Source of the DNA: Candidatus Anstonellaceae archaeon
GTDB lineage: Archaea; Micrarchaeota; Micrarchaeia; Anstonellales; Anstonellaceae
Assembly (NCBI GenBank): GCA_046295675.1
Contig: JBKBMW010000002.1
Location: 1 to 32,174 of the forward strand
Length of the DNA: 32,174 bases
Direction: 5' to 3'
Shown: positions 1 to 8,464 of the stretch, in pieces
How the letters are laid out: each line of letters opens with the position of its first letter
Numbering within the stretch: position 1 is the stretch's first letter
Notes under the pieces: generated by a model
Databases searched by the model: none
The model's input: the letters and a program-made list of their open reading frames with translations, nothing else
What the model was told of the DNA's origin: nothing
Made by a program: the position numbers and the translations under genes

Positions 1-528
1 GAAAAAGATAACGTATTAAAAGAGAAGTTAGAAAAGAAAAAAGAGGAATTAATAGAGACAGAAAAACAAAACCTATTAAGAGAGGAAGCTAAAGCAAAAT
101 GGGAAGAAATTCCCTCTGATGAGAAAAAAAAGCAAATTGATGAGGTATTAAACAACCAAGAAATTAAAAACGCAATTATAGATAAATATAAAAAAGAGCA
201 AGTTTTTCCACAAGCAGAAAATGAAGTAATAGAAGCTAAATTAAGGGAAGAAAATTTCCCATTAGATAAATTCTATAAGATTGTTTATAGGAATGTAAGT
301 GAGGATAATTTAACAGAAAGTTTAAATTCAGCCTTAAATTCCATGCTGGCTGAAGCAGTGCTTCCAACACTTGGTTCCTATCTTACAGGAAAATTGGGAC
401 TTGGTCTTGTTTTTAGTAATCCGAAATGGGAAGATTATATAAACGGAGTTTTTTCCAATCCAGAAACATCATTGAGTAACACTATACAACAGTGGCAACA
501 AACAACTAAAATGACCCAAAGTAGGTGA
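1..528 (+). CDS. 3' part of a larger ORF whose 5' end lies outside the window. A Lys/Glu-rich, probably coiled-coil segment is followed by a Gly/Leu-rich hydrophobic stretch (VLPTLGSYLTGKLGLGLVF). Hypothetical protein and first visible gene of the membrane-protein gene train.
   Basis: My hand translation shows frame +1 open from base 1 (EKDNVLKEKLEKKKEELIET...) straight into the listed 343..528 ORF. TGA stop at 526-528. Only 12 nt separate it from the next same-strand gene. Confidence 0.6.
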   Translation, partial: EKDNVLKEKLEKKKEELIETEKQNLLREEAKAKWEEIPSDEKKKQIDEVLNNQEIKNAIIDKYKKEQVFPQAENEVIEAKLREENFPLDKFYKIVYRNVSEDNLTESLNSALNSMLAEAVLPTLGSYLTGKLGLGLVFSNPKWEDYINGVFSNPETSLSNTIQQWQQTTKMTQSR

Positions 529-540
529 CAAGGTGTTTAA

Positions 541-1098
541 ATGAAAGATTTTAGCAAATTTTATCAAGCTTTGGAAAAGAAAGATAATCATCTAATTAAG
601 TTTTTATTAGAAAACTACAAAAAAGAAAATTCTTCTAGATTGGAAACATGGAAAAATATTACTGTTAAGAGCCTTTCTTCATTTCAAGGTTATTTTTTTA
701 TAAAAAATCAAGGTTTATTTTTATATGGAAAAATAGTTCCAGAAATTTTTTTTGTTTTTCTTTCAATAAATCACATCCTTGAGCAAACTCTCAAAAATTT
801 AACTTCTAATTCCAAACTTGTCAAAGAAAACATAAAAAATCTAGAAAATTTAGAGTCTAGATTTGAAAAACTTTCTTTAAAATTTAGTGTTTATTATCAG
901 ACAATGAGTGCAGTGGTAGGGGCATATCATTTCTATAAAAAAAACCTTTCTTTAACTATCCATTTTTTAGATAGATTGGAAAAACAATTTAATCTAAAAA
1001 AACTAGACTTGCTTTCCATTTCAGAATTAAATTCTATTTCTATAAGATTAACCAAGCTAGCTGAGGAATACCTACAAAAAGCAAATAAAAATCAATAG
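541..1098 (+). CDS. Hypothetical 185-aa protein, mostly helical and Lys/Leu/Asn-rich, with one hydrophobic segment (GLFLYGKIVPEIFFVFLSINHIL). No family recognised.
   Basis: ATG ORF with the SD-like AAGGTG 5 nt upstream (530-535). 8-nt gap to the next gene. Long open frame in an AT-rich, stop-rich background. Confidence 0.75.
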   Translation: MKDFSKFYQALEKKDNHLIKFLLENYKKENSSRLETWKNITVKSLSSFQGYFFIKNQGLFLYGKIVPEIFFVFLSINHILEQTLKNLTSNSKLVKENIKNLENLESRFEKLSLKFSVYYQTMSAVVGAYHFYKKNLSLTIHFLDRLEKQFNLKKLDLLSISELNSISIRLTKLAEEYLQKANKNQ

Positions 1099-1106
1099 GT
1101 TTCTCT

Positions 1107-2309
1107 ATGGTGGAATTATTAACCCAATATTTTTATGTAGGAACTGCTTTAAGCTCTTTAATTGTTGCATTGACTTATATGATTGGCTCTTTGTTTTCTT
1201 CAGAGCCTTTAAAAGGCTGGGCAAGAAAGGAAATAGCTGATTTGCTTTTTATTGTTCCACTCTTTTATATTCTTGTCTTTTTTTTATCTAATTTTTCTTC
1301 TGATGACCAAATAAATATAGTATCTAACTCATTTGGGCCAGAAAGTTTTTTTTATAAGGATCTAACCAACTTTTCCACTCAACTTATTACAAATGTTTTT
1401 TATTTTTCTGCAGTTTCATCTTACAATTATAATTATCAAGTTGGTTTGTCTGTCTCGGATTTAGTACCAATATCAATCCCACAATGGTTTAATTTTGGTG
1501 GAGGATTATCCTCATCTCAATATCCTGGTTATGGTTCTAATATAATTTTAAACCAACTTTTCTTTGGGATAGATTACTGTTTTAATATACTATTTCTTCT
1601 TAATTCAATCTTCCTAATTTTTAGTTTTTTAGTTCTTATATCAATAAATTTTCTTCTTCCTTTAGGCATTTTTCTTAGAGTTTTTCCATTTACAAAAAAA
1701 GCAGGTGGATTTATTGTGGGCTATTGTTTAGCAGTTTTATTTGTGTTTCCTTTTGCAGCCCAATTGAGTGCAGGCCTATCCTCTTTGGTTTTAGAAAAAG
1801 CTAAAAAAGATGGTTTTATTTCTTCAATTCCAAATTTGGAATACTCTGATAGACCACCTATAAAAAATTTGAATGCTGAACTTATTAGGAATTACATTTT
1901 GAGTCCTTTTTACATTATCCCTACTTCTGTAATTGCTAATGCCATTGCTTCTTTACTTGCTTTTATTGGAGTACCGCCAGGTTTTTCTATTGACAACTTT
2001 TTTCAATTACTTGTTAGTGCAAGCACTCCAATTGCCCAAATAATTCAATATATTATTAATTTAGTCAAAAAGATAATTCCAATTGCTATTGGAGGAACAT
2101 ATCCTAAATATGCAAAATCCACAGCTGATATTATAAAAAGTTATTATAAGCCTATAGTCACAAATATTTTACCAACCTTAAGTTTATACTTTTTAGTAAT
2201 TCTTCTTTCTGTTATTTTTCAACTTACTCTTACAATAGTTTTAGGGAGAAATCTATCTAATTTCTTTGGCCAAGAAGGCCAGCTCTATGCACTTTACAAA
2301 ATTCTCTAA
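1107..2309 (+). CDS. Paralog P1 of a six-member polytopic membrane protein family. This is the minimal 400-aa version with no signal peptide; it starts directly at TM1.
   Basis: Contains all three family blocks: YMIGSLFSSEPLKGWARKEIADL, LPLGIFLRVFPFTKKAGGFIVGYCLAVLFVFPF, and a C-terminal TM plus tail FFGQEGQLYALYKIL. About 5 hydrophobic helices. Confidence 0.85.
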   Translation: MVELLTQYFYVGTALSSLIVALTYMIGSLFSSEPLKGWARKEIADLLFIVPLFYILVFFLSNFSSDDQINIVSNSFGPESFFYKDLTNFSTQLITNVFYFSAVSSYNYNYQVGLSVSDLVPISIPQWFNFGGGLSSSQYPGYGSNIILNQLFFGIDYCFNILFLLNSIFLIFSFLVLISINFLLPLGIFLRVFPFTKKAGGFIVGYCLAVLFVFPFAAQLSAGLSSLVLEKAKKDGFISSIPNLEYSDRPPIKNLNAELIRNYILSPFYIIPTSVIANAIASLLAFIGVPPGFSIDNFFQLLVSASTPIAQIIQYIINLVKKIIPIAIGGTYPKYAKSTADIIKSYYKPIVTNILPTLSLYFLVILLSVIFQLTLTIVLGRNLSNFFGQEGQLYALYKIL

Positions 2310-2319
2310 GGTCGAGATA

Positions 2320-3279
2320 ATGCTAAAAAATTTATTATTTTTGATTTTGTTTGCATGCATTCTTTATAGTCAATCCACTCAAAATTATGGCCCAGTGCAA
2401 TGTTTTTCTTTTTCTTTGGATGAATTGTTTAATCCAGAAGCTCAAAAATCATTTAATCTTCCTATTGTTTTTTCAATAATGATTTCTTTAGTGGTTTTGT
2501 CCTATTTTTTTGGCAATCTACTCAAAAATCCTCATCTACTTGTTTGGGCAAAAACCGAAGGAGTTAATGTTTTTTGGTCAGGGGTTTTGCTTATCTCTAT
2601 TAGTGGAGCAATTACTTTTTCTTGTACAATTGCAACCTTTTTTGTCCCAGACTTAAAAACTTCTCCGCTTTCTTATTTATCGAATTATTTAAACAATATA
2701 TTCTCATTAGGAAAAAGCTATTCAATAGATCTTTTAAAAAGTTCATTTAATGATATGTTTTCTTCTATGGAACTAAATTCACCATCTTCTATTTATTTTG
2801 GAACTTCACAATTTGGAATTTATTATCTGGCAGGAAAAAAAGAATGGGCATCATATAAAGAAACTCTTAACTCTTATTTAGTTCCAATTTTAGGAATGAT
2901 TTATGCTCAAAAATTCATAATTGAAAATTTATTTTCTCTTATAGTGCAGATAGTTCTACCAACTTCTCTATTTATAAGAATCATCCCAATTTTTAGAGAT
3001 GTAGGAGACTTTTTAATAGCAGTGTGCCTTTCAATCTATTTCTTTCTGCCAATAATCTATTTTGCCACATTTTCTTCTGTTACCAATACCTTTGGCTCGT
3101 TTTCTCCTGATGCTCTTAATTCTGTTGTTTATCTTTATGATTCTACTATAGAAAATGCTTTAACTTTTATTGCCTTTCTTACTATACTGGCAGTGTTTAT
3201 TCCAAATTTGATTTTGGTAGTGATAACCGCCTCCTCCATGGCTTTATATAAAGCTATAAAAGGATTTTTCAGTGGGTGA
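2320..3279 (+). CDS. Paralog P2 of the membrane family (about 319 aa from ATG 2320), with an N-terminal signal-like peptide MLKNLLFLILFACILYSQ.
   Basis: The track ORF 2266..3279 begins at a TTG inside P1. ATG 2320 lies 10 nt after the P1 stop and yields a signal peptide like those of P3-P6. Family blocks: YFFGNLLKNPHLLVWAKTEGVNV and LPTSLFIRIIPIFRDVGDFLIAVCLSIYFFLPI. Short tail AIKGFFSG. Confidence 0.8.
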   Translation: MLKNLLFLILFACILYSQSTQNYGPVQCFSFSLDELFNPEAQKSFNLPIVFSIMISLVVLSYFFGNLLKNPHLLVWAKTEGVNVFWSGVLLISISGAITFSCTIATFFVPDLKTSPLSYLSNYLNNIFSLGKSYSIDLLKSSFNDMFSSMELNSPSSIYFGTSQFGIYYLAGKKEWASYKETLNSYLVPILGMIYAQKFIIENLFSLIVQIVLPTSLFIRIIPIFRDVGDFLIAVCLSIYFFLPIIYFATFSSVTNTFGSFSPDALNSVVYLYDSTIENALTFIAFLTILAVFIPNLILVVITASSMALYKAIKGFFSG

Positions 3280-6200
3280 TTGGATTTGAAAAAATTAATT
3301 CTTTTAATAATTTTTTTTGGTTTATTAAATTCGCAAACAACAAAACAAAACGATATTACTAAACTTGTCGAATTTACTAAGGACCAACTCCTAAATAACC
3401 CCCCCACCTTAATTTCTTCTATTCTTAATAATTATTCTACTTTGTTGATTTTGCTTTTTGCTTTAGCTGTTTTCATTTTAGCAATTGGTTATTTTGGGGC
3501 TTCTTTTTTTGATTTAACTGAAACCAAGGTGTTTATTAAAACAGAAATCGGTCAATTAATTTTAACTGCCATATTTGCAGGTTCTTTATTTGGAATAATA
3601 ATTTTTGTAGATAGACTTATAATTTCAAGTGCAGATTTTTTGGTTTCACCATGCGGGGAAAATTATGTTTATGCTCAAAACATTCCAATACCTATTCAAT
3701 ATGCAAATTGTTATCTAGATTCTTTAATCAAATTGGCTGACAAGGCATTGGAAGAAAATATAAAAGAATCAATAGAAGCTGGGAGGGAGACCTATAAACA
3801 AGTAGGTTATCAAGTTTCTGTTTCTCCTCTTTCAGGTTATTATTCCTTCAGACCTGCTGCATTTAAAAGGTTAGATGTGGAGATAAAAACTGCAGAGTCA
3901 CATTTTTTATCCTCTTTCTTAATCAGCCTAATATCTCAAAAAGCCTTTTTGAATTATATAGCACCAGTCTTTGGAATATTTTTATTATTTATTGGTTTAT
4001 TATTTAGAATTTTGTTTTTTACAAGAAAGCTTGGGGGTTTATTAATAGCAGCAGGTTTTGGTTTGCTTTTGATCTGGCCTCTAACCTACATGATCTCCTG
4101 GTTTACCTTTCGAGCAGGAATATTTGGTTCTCAAAACTTAGGAGAAGAAAGTGCTTTTTGTCCCAAAGAATGCCAAATCCCAGTTCCTGTTGCTTACAAT
4201 TTTTTAGCTAATCCAAAAGGAGAGTACAAACCAGAGACTATGCTTACTCTTGAGGAAGTAGCAGCAATTTTAAAAGAAAAACCAGAGAATAAAAATCAAT
4301 TTGAATTTTTAATTGAAAAGGGAATTCAGCCTTGTTTTGTTACTGATAGTGATAAAACTAAAAAATTTGGAATAATTAGTGTAAATGATTCAGAAAATTG
4401 TGATGAATCTTGCAGAGAAATTCCTTTAAATCTTCAAGTTTGCAAGGAACAAGAAAAACATTGCGATGCTCTTCCATTAGCCTGTAAAATAATCAGGTCT
4501 ATGGGACTGGAAAACTATACCTCATATTATCAAAAAAATTCTCAATATTGCTCTAACAAAAGTGTTTGTTCCAATTGCCCAGATTCTTGTAAATACCAAT
4601 TAAGGGAAATTCGTTATTCTTCTGATCCTTCCTTTATTCCAAAAGATCCAACCGGTGTTGGGATCATTCCCAGAACAGATTTAAAAAATACTATAAATTG
4701 TAGTTCCAAATGTGAAAAATGCCCTCCAGTTTGTAGATATTATTCCAAAAAAAACGATGGAACTTTTTTCTTTTTAAATAAGGATAGTGCAGAGTGTAAA
4801 AATTGTGATGATTGTTTTAACTATAAAGAACCTTCCACCCAACTCCCTATTTGTATGACTTATGTTCCTTTGATTTCAGTAGGAAACTGCCAACAGCTTT
4901 GTGGAATACCTTACTCTATAAGAAATGCCCCAAATAACAATATCTGCCCAATTGATTGCAGAATATATTTTGATAGCACTACTGATAAATATAAAGACCC
5001 AGTTTTTAGTTCTTTTTGTGAAAAAAATGGTGAATTTTTTGAAGCTTGCAACCGCTGTCCTATAGAGTGCAAAATAAATGCATCTGAAGTAATAAATCAA
5101 ATAGCAAAACAACAAAATCCCTCTTGCTCTCTCCCCCCTACTTTTTCTAATGGTCAGATGGATAATTCAATAAATAAGAATTGTGCAAGATGTGACCCAT
5201 CCTGTAGATTTTCAAATCCTTCTTCTATTGCATCTGCTCAAATTAAGAGCAGCTCAGGAGTTGATATAAACAATATAGAAAGTTATATTCCTATTTTTTC
5301 TGAATTTTATGCAAAAACTTTTGTTCAACAAAACTGTAGTTATAGTTCATCACCTTATGTTGAGTGTCCTACAGAGAGGAATGGTAATATATACACTGAT
5401 TGTAACTGGAAAGAAGGATCAGATTCATCTAAAACACTTCCAACCTATTCTCCAGCTAAGATAATTTATCCAACTACAGGGGATAATCCATTCTGCCCGG
5501 ATTTTATTGCCAAATTGCAAAATTTTGTTTTATTATCGTCTGATGAAAACAACCACATTATTGTAAAAGCAAATCAGTACCTTTCACATCTTTGTACTTT
5601 AGATAAAGATAGTGAAAAGTTTTGTTCTTCGCCTTATTGTCCTTCATCCTGCTATTATAACTCCTGGCCAAATTTTGCAGCTTTAGAAAATATCTCAAAT
5701 ATCACTTCAAAAATAAATTTTGCTCTGTCCAATTGCAATTTTAATGAAACACAAAAAGGCTGCTATTATTACAATTATCTCAATATGGTAGTTTTGAATT
5801 ATTCTGGACAATATTACTTGCCCAAATCAGCTGTTCAAAGCTGTTTCCCTTCTATTTCTTCAATAAGCTCTGATCTTTCTAACTTTGCCTGTTATCCAAT
5901 TTTAAAAATTCCTTCTGCTTCAGACTTTTCTTATTGTGGTAATTATATTGATTATTCAAATCCTAACAGGTCCATGATAAAAGGCTCAGCATGCCCATAT
6001 GAATGCAGATATGATGAATTAAAGAAGCAAAAAAATCCACAAATATGTGGTGATTTTACTCTCTCATTTACTTCTTCCAATCCCTCTCATAATTGTGAGC
6101 CATTCTGTAATGGTTTAATTAGATCATCAGATCTATCCTATTGCAACTCAGAAGCATATTCATGTACCCAACAACAAGCTCAAACCTATTGGGTAAGAAT

Positions 6201-7338
6201 TAATTCCATTCCAATCAATAAATCCCATAGCAACCGATTATGTAATCAATCTGTAGTTTTATATAATTCATCAATCACTTATAAAAAAGGAGATCTAGAT
6301 CGAAATAATCAACCATATGCTAAAGATTGGTGGGAAGACAGCTGTACCTATATAGAAAACGGTGAAACCAAATATATAAACTTCACTTTGGTAAGTGGCT
6401 ATTCTCCCTACCTTTGTTCTGCTGGGCATAAATATATAGGATTGGATGAACTAATTTCTTCTAGTGGTTATTCTCAATATAGAGAATGCGGCGAGATTGA
6501 TACTAACAAAAATCCTAACTATATTTTTTGCGGAAATTATAGTATAAATGTTGGGGGAACAAAAGCAGTTATAAAAGCATTAGATGATTTATGTTATGCT
6601 TCCTACAATGCTAGGGCAATGCCTGGATTAGCTTATCATTCTATTGGAGGAAACGGAGATTTCTCAACTAAAGTTAATGGTCAAATAAAGCAAAATATTC
6701 AATACTTTGATAATTGTCAACAATGCCCAGTGGTATTTAGAATCAAAAATTTGCAAGATGCTTATCTTTTGGGAATTCCTGGGATATTAACAAATCTTCT
6801 TAATTGTCAAAAGTGCAATATAAAAATAAACCCTCCCTATTCGTCTTCTTGTGAATTCAAATACGAGAAAGCCATTGGTTGCCCATTAAGATGCAGAATT
6901 GCAACTTTAGATGGAAGTCTTCCTTATGGCTGTGATCCAGATATAGATGATCAAAAAGAAAAAAGTTATGTTAATCCAGAAGTCGGATATGCTTGCGATG
7001 ATTATCATGCTTTAAGTTGCAGGATAAATTTAAGGGAGGATTTATGTGATGGTTGCAGTGAATTTTGTGAATCAGATTGTCAATCACTTCCTTATATAAG
7101 AAGAGATTGTTCTAGCTGTAATCCTGCTGCAAGTTTTGGTGCAAATTCCTTATTAGATGCTACTACCTCTCAAGCAGGTCTTGTTACCCAACCAGGTTGG
7201 ATAAGAATTGGCTTATTACTAATACCTTCTATAATTTTACCTTCATTTTCAATAGTAATTTTAGTATCATTTATAAAAGGTCTATCTCAATTCTTAGGAG
7301 GCGATATAGAAATACCTGGTTTGTATAAGTTGATTTAG
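3280..7338 (+). CDS. Paralog P3 (1352 aa). The family core carries a ~1000-aa cysteine-rich extracytoplasmic insertion between the fourth and the last TM helix.
   Basis: No ATG is available, so the start is TTG at 3280 (as in the track) or TTG at 3286, which sits 6 nt after GGTGA (3275-3279). Signal-like N-terminus (MDL)KKLILLIIFFGLLNSQ. Blocks: YFGASFFDLTETKVFIKTEIGQL and FIGLLFRILFFTRKLGGLLIAAGFGLLLIWPL. C-terminal TM plus tail LSQFLGGDIEIPGLYKLI. About 76 Cys by hand count. Confidence 0.85.
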   Translation: MDLKKLILLIIFFGLLNSQTTKQNDITKLVEFTKDQLLNNPPTLISSILNNYSTLLILLFALAVFILAIGYFGASFFDLTETKVFIKTEIGQLILTAIFAGSLFGIIIFVDRLIISSADFLVSPCGENYVYAQNIPIPIQYANCYLDSLIKLADKALEENIKESIEAGRETYKQVGYQVSVSPLSGYYSFRPAAFKRLDVEIKTAESHFLSSFLISLISQKAFLNYIAPVFGIFLLFIGLLFRILFFTRKLGGLLIAAGFGLLLIWPLTYMISWFTFRAGIFGSQNLGEESAFCPKECQIPVPVAYNFLANPKGEYKPETMLTLEEVAAILKEKPENKNQFEFLIEKGIQPCFVTDSDKTKKFGIISVNDSENCDESCREIPLNLQVCKEQEKHCDALPLACKIIRSMGLENYTSYYQKNSQYCSNKSVCSNCPDSCKYQLREIRYSSDPSFIPKDPTGVGIIPRTDLKNTINCSSKCEKCPPVCRYYSKKNDGTFFFLNKDSAECKNCDDCFNYKEPSTQLPICMTYVPLISVGNCQQLCGIPYSIRNAPNNNICPIDCRIYFDSTTDKYKDPVFSSFCEKNGEFFEACNRCPIECKINASEVINQIAKQQNPSCSLPPTFSNGQMDNSINKNCARCDPSCRFSNPSSIASAQIKSSSGVDINNIESYIPIFSEFYAKTFVQQNCSYSSSPYVECPTERNGNIYTDCNWKEGSDSSKTLPTYSPAKIIYPTTGDNPFCPDFIAKLQNFVLLSSDENNHIIVKANQYLSHLCTLDKDSEKFCSSPYCPSSCYYNSWPNFAALENISNITSKINFALSNCNFNETQKGCYYYNYLNMVVLNYSGQYYLPKSAVQSCFPSISSISSDLSNFACYPILKIPSASDFSYCGNYIDYSNPNRSMIKGSACPYECRYDELKKQKNPQICGDFTLSFTSSNPSHNCEPFCNGLIRSSDLSYCNSEAYSCTQQQAQTYWVRINSIPINKSHSNRLCNQSVVLYNSSITYKKGDLDRNNQPYAKDWWEDSCTYIENGETKYINFTLVSGYSPYLCSAGHKYIGLDELISSSGYSQYRECGEIDTNKNPNYIFCGNYSINVGGTKAVIKALDDLCYASYNARAMPGLAYHSIGGNGDFSTKVNGQIKQNIQYFDNCQQCPVVFRIKNLQDAYLLGIPGILTNLLNCQKCNIKINPPYSSSCEFKYEKAIGCPLRCRIATLDGSLPYGCDPDIDDQKEKSYVNPEVGYACDDYHALSCRINLREDLCDGCSEFCESDCQSLPYIRRDCSSCNPAASFGANSLLDATTSQAGLVTQPGWIRIGLLLIPSIILPSFSIVILVSFIKGLSQFLGGDIEIPGLYKLI

Positions 7339-8463
7339 ATGAAAAAAATTTCTTTTATATTTCTCATTTTTGTTTTTAGTTTCGGAATAATTTTTGCCCA
7401 ATCTCAACAAGATTCTTGCTTACCTAAGTCCATTAATTTGGCTCTTGGAATAAGCATCGGAATAATTTCTCTTCTTTTTTTGTTCGGATATTTATTTAAT
7501 TTTGAACAATTAAAATTCCTAGCAAAAAAAGAATTTGGTGAATTGTTTTTAGTTGTATTTTTTCTTTTATCTCTCTCTTTTTTCCATTTGTCCTTTTCTG
7601 AGCAATTAGCCAAAATATTTAACTTTGATTCAAATGGTTGGAGTGACAGATTAAATTATAAAAACTGGGGTACAGACAAGCAAAACAACCCAGTATTAAA
7701 AGTTACAAAGAATATTTTAGAAAACCTAGATTCATCTAAACTAACAATTCAGCAAAAAGCTTTTATTTTAATAGAAGAAAATAAACAACTTCTTGAAATT
7801 TTAACCATCAAGACAATAAATTTTGGAAATTCTATTTCAACTGAATCTTCAAAAATGAGCTATATAAATTTTCTTGGTCTTGGTTTTGGATATTCTCTTT
7901 GTTCTACTTATTCTGTTTTTAGAGGACCTGTAGGTTTACTTTTAAACGCTGAGGCTACTGCTTCCATTGCATTATTTTTTAGTGCATTTTTTAATTCAGT
8001 TTTTCAATCTTATCTATTATGCTATCTTCTTCCTATCGGAATATTTCTAAGGCTTTTGAGCTTTACAAAAAAAGCAGGGTCTTTATTAATTGCTCTTTCT
8101 ATCTCATTTTATTTTGTTTTTCCAACTGCAATTGTGGTATTTAATGACCTCTATAACTATTATTACATGAAGCTTTCTTTACAAACATCTAAAGATTCCA
8201 TCATTGTGCAGCAATATAACAATTTAAATTCATATTTCTCTCTTCCTGTTGACTGTGATATAAATGACCAAGATATGAATAAGACTGTTTCAAATATCAT
8301 GAAGACTTTACTAAAAAATCTAAAAGAAATTTTGCTTTTTATCATTTTAAAATGCATATTTATTTTATTATTTTCTCTTTCATTCACCCTAGTATTTGCT
8401 TCTTATCTTGCCCATTTCTTGGGATTGGATATAGATTTATCAACTTTGGCACGGTTGAGTTAA
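7339..8463 (+). CDS. Paralog P4 of the membrane family (374 aa), with signal-like N-terminus MKKISFIFLIFVFSFGIIFAQ.
   Basis: The ATG directly abuts the P3 TAG stop. Blocks: FGYLFNFEQLKFLAKKEFGEL and LPIGIFLRLLSFTKKAGSLLIALSISFYFVFPT. Tail LAHFLGLDIDLSTLARLS. Confidence 0.85.
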   Translation: MKKISFIFLIFVFSFGIIFAQSQQDSCLPKSINLALGISIGIISLLFLFGYLFNFEQLKFLAKKEFGELFLVVFFLLSLSFFHLSFSEQLAKIFNFDSNGWSDRLNYKNWGTDKQNNPVLKVTKNILENLDSSKLTIQQKAFILIEENKQLLEILTIKTINFGNSISTESSKMSYINFLGLGFGYSLCSTYSVFRGPVGLLLNAEATASIALFFSAFFNSVFQSYLLCYLLPIGIFLRLLSFTKKAGSLLIALSISFYFVFPTAIVVFNDLYNYYYMKLSLQTSKDSIIVQQYNNLNSYFSLPVDCDINDQDMNKTVSNIMKTLLKNLKEILLFIILKCIFILLFSLSFTLVFASYLAHFLGLDIDLSTLARLS

Positions 8464-8464
8464 T

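Noticed and set aside
2266-2319. Track start codons extended upstream at TTG: 2266, 11655, 12826, 16891 and 31356 (minus strand).
   Set aside because: In each case an in-frame ATG a few codons downstream has a better SD or spacing. It also yields a sensible N-terminus: a signal peptide, or the MAEKNL start of UPF0147. I adjusted the coordinates accordingly. The true starts still need experimental confirmation.
3277-3282. P2 and P3 are in the same reading frame, separated only by one TGA. I considered stop-codon readthrough or TGA recoding that would give a P2-P3 fusion.
   Set aside because: TGA is a normal stop for well-defined genes here (DP1, the HAD phosphatase). P3 begins with its own signal-like peptide ending in SQ, exactly like P2, P4, P5 and P6, and a GGTGA SD precedes the TTG. 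Separate genes are far more likely.
3135-3407. Antisense or alternate-frame ORFs in the track: 3135-3407(-), 4876-5115(-), 7404-7613(-), 8163-8387(-), 11506-11691(-), 12100-12339(+), 12515-12709(-), 16106-16318(-), 17779-18021(-), 18915-19199(-), 19315-19500(-), 19515-19847(-), 20561-20929(-), 20889-21089(-), 21843-22037(-), 22721-23098(-), 24145-24366(+), 24444-24854(+), 26128-26382(+), 27170-27472(+), 28280-28510(+), 28636-28830(+), 29236-29454(-)
   Set aside because: All lie entirely or almost entirely inside much longer ORFs that carry recognisable domains or family motifs. Their translations are low-complexity shadow frames (Phe/Ser/Ile-rich) with no start context. I treat them as non-coding.
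4790-4830. Ferredoxin-like Fe-S motif in the P3 insert (CKNCDDCFNYKEP resembles CxxCxxCxxxCP; there are many CxxCxxxC).
   Set aside because: No complete CxxCxxCxxxCP motif is present. The region is predicted to be extracytoplasmic, and the recurring module is CxxCPxxC[RK] rather than a 4Fe-4S signature. Structural disulfides or Zn sites are more plausible, but this is untested.
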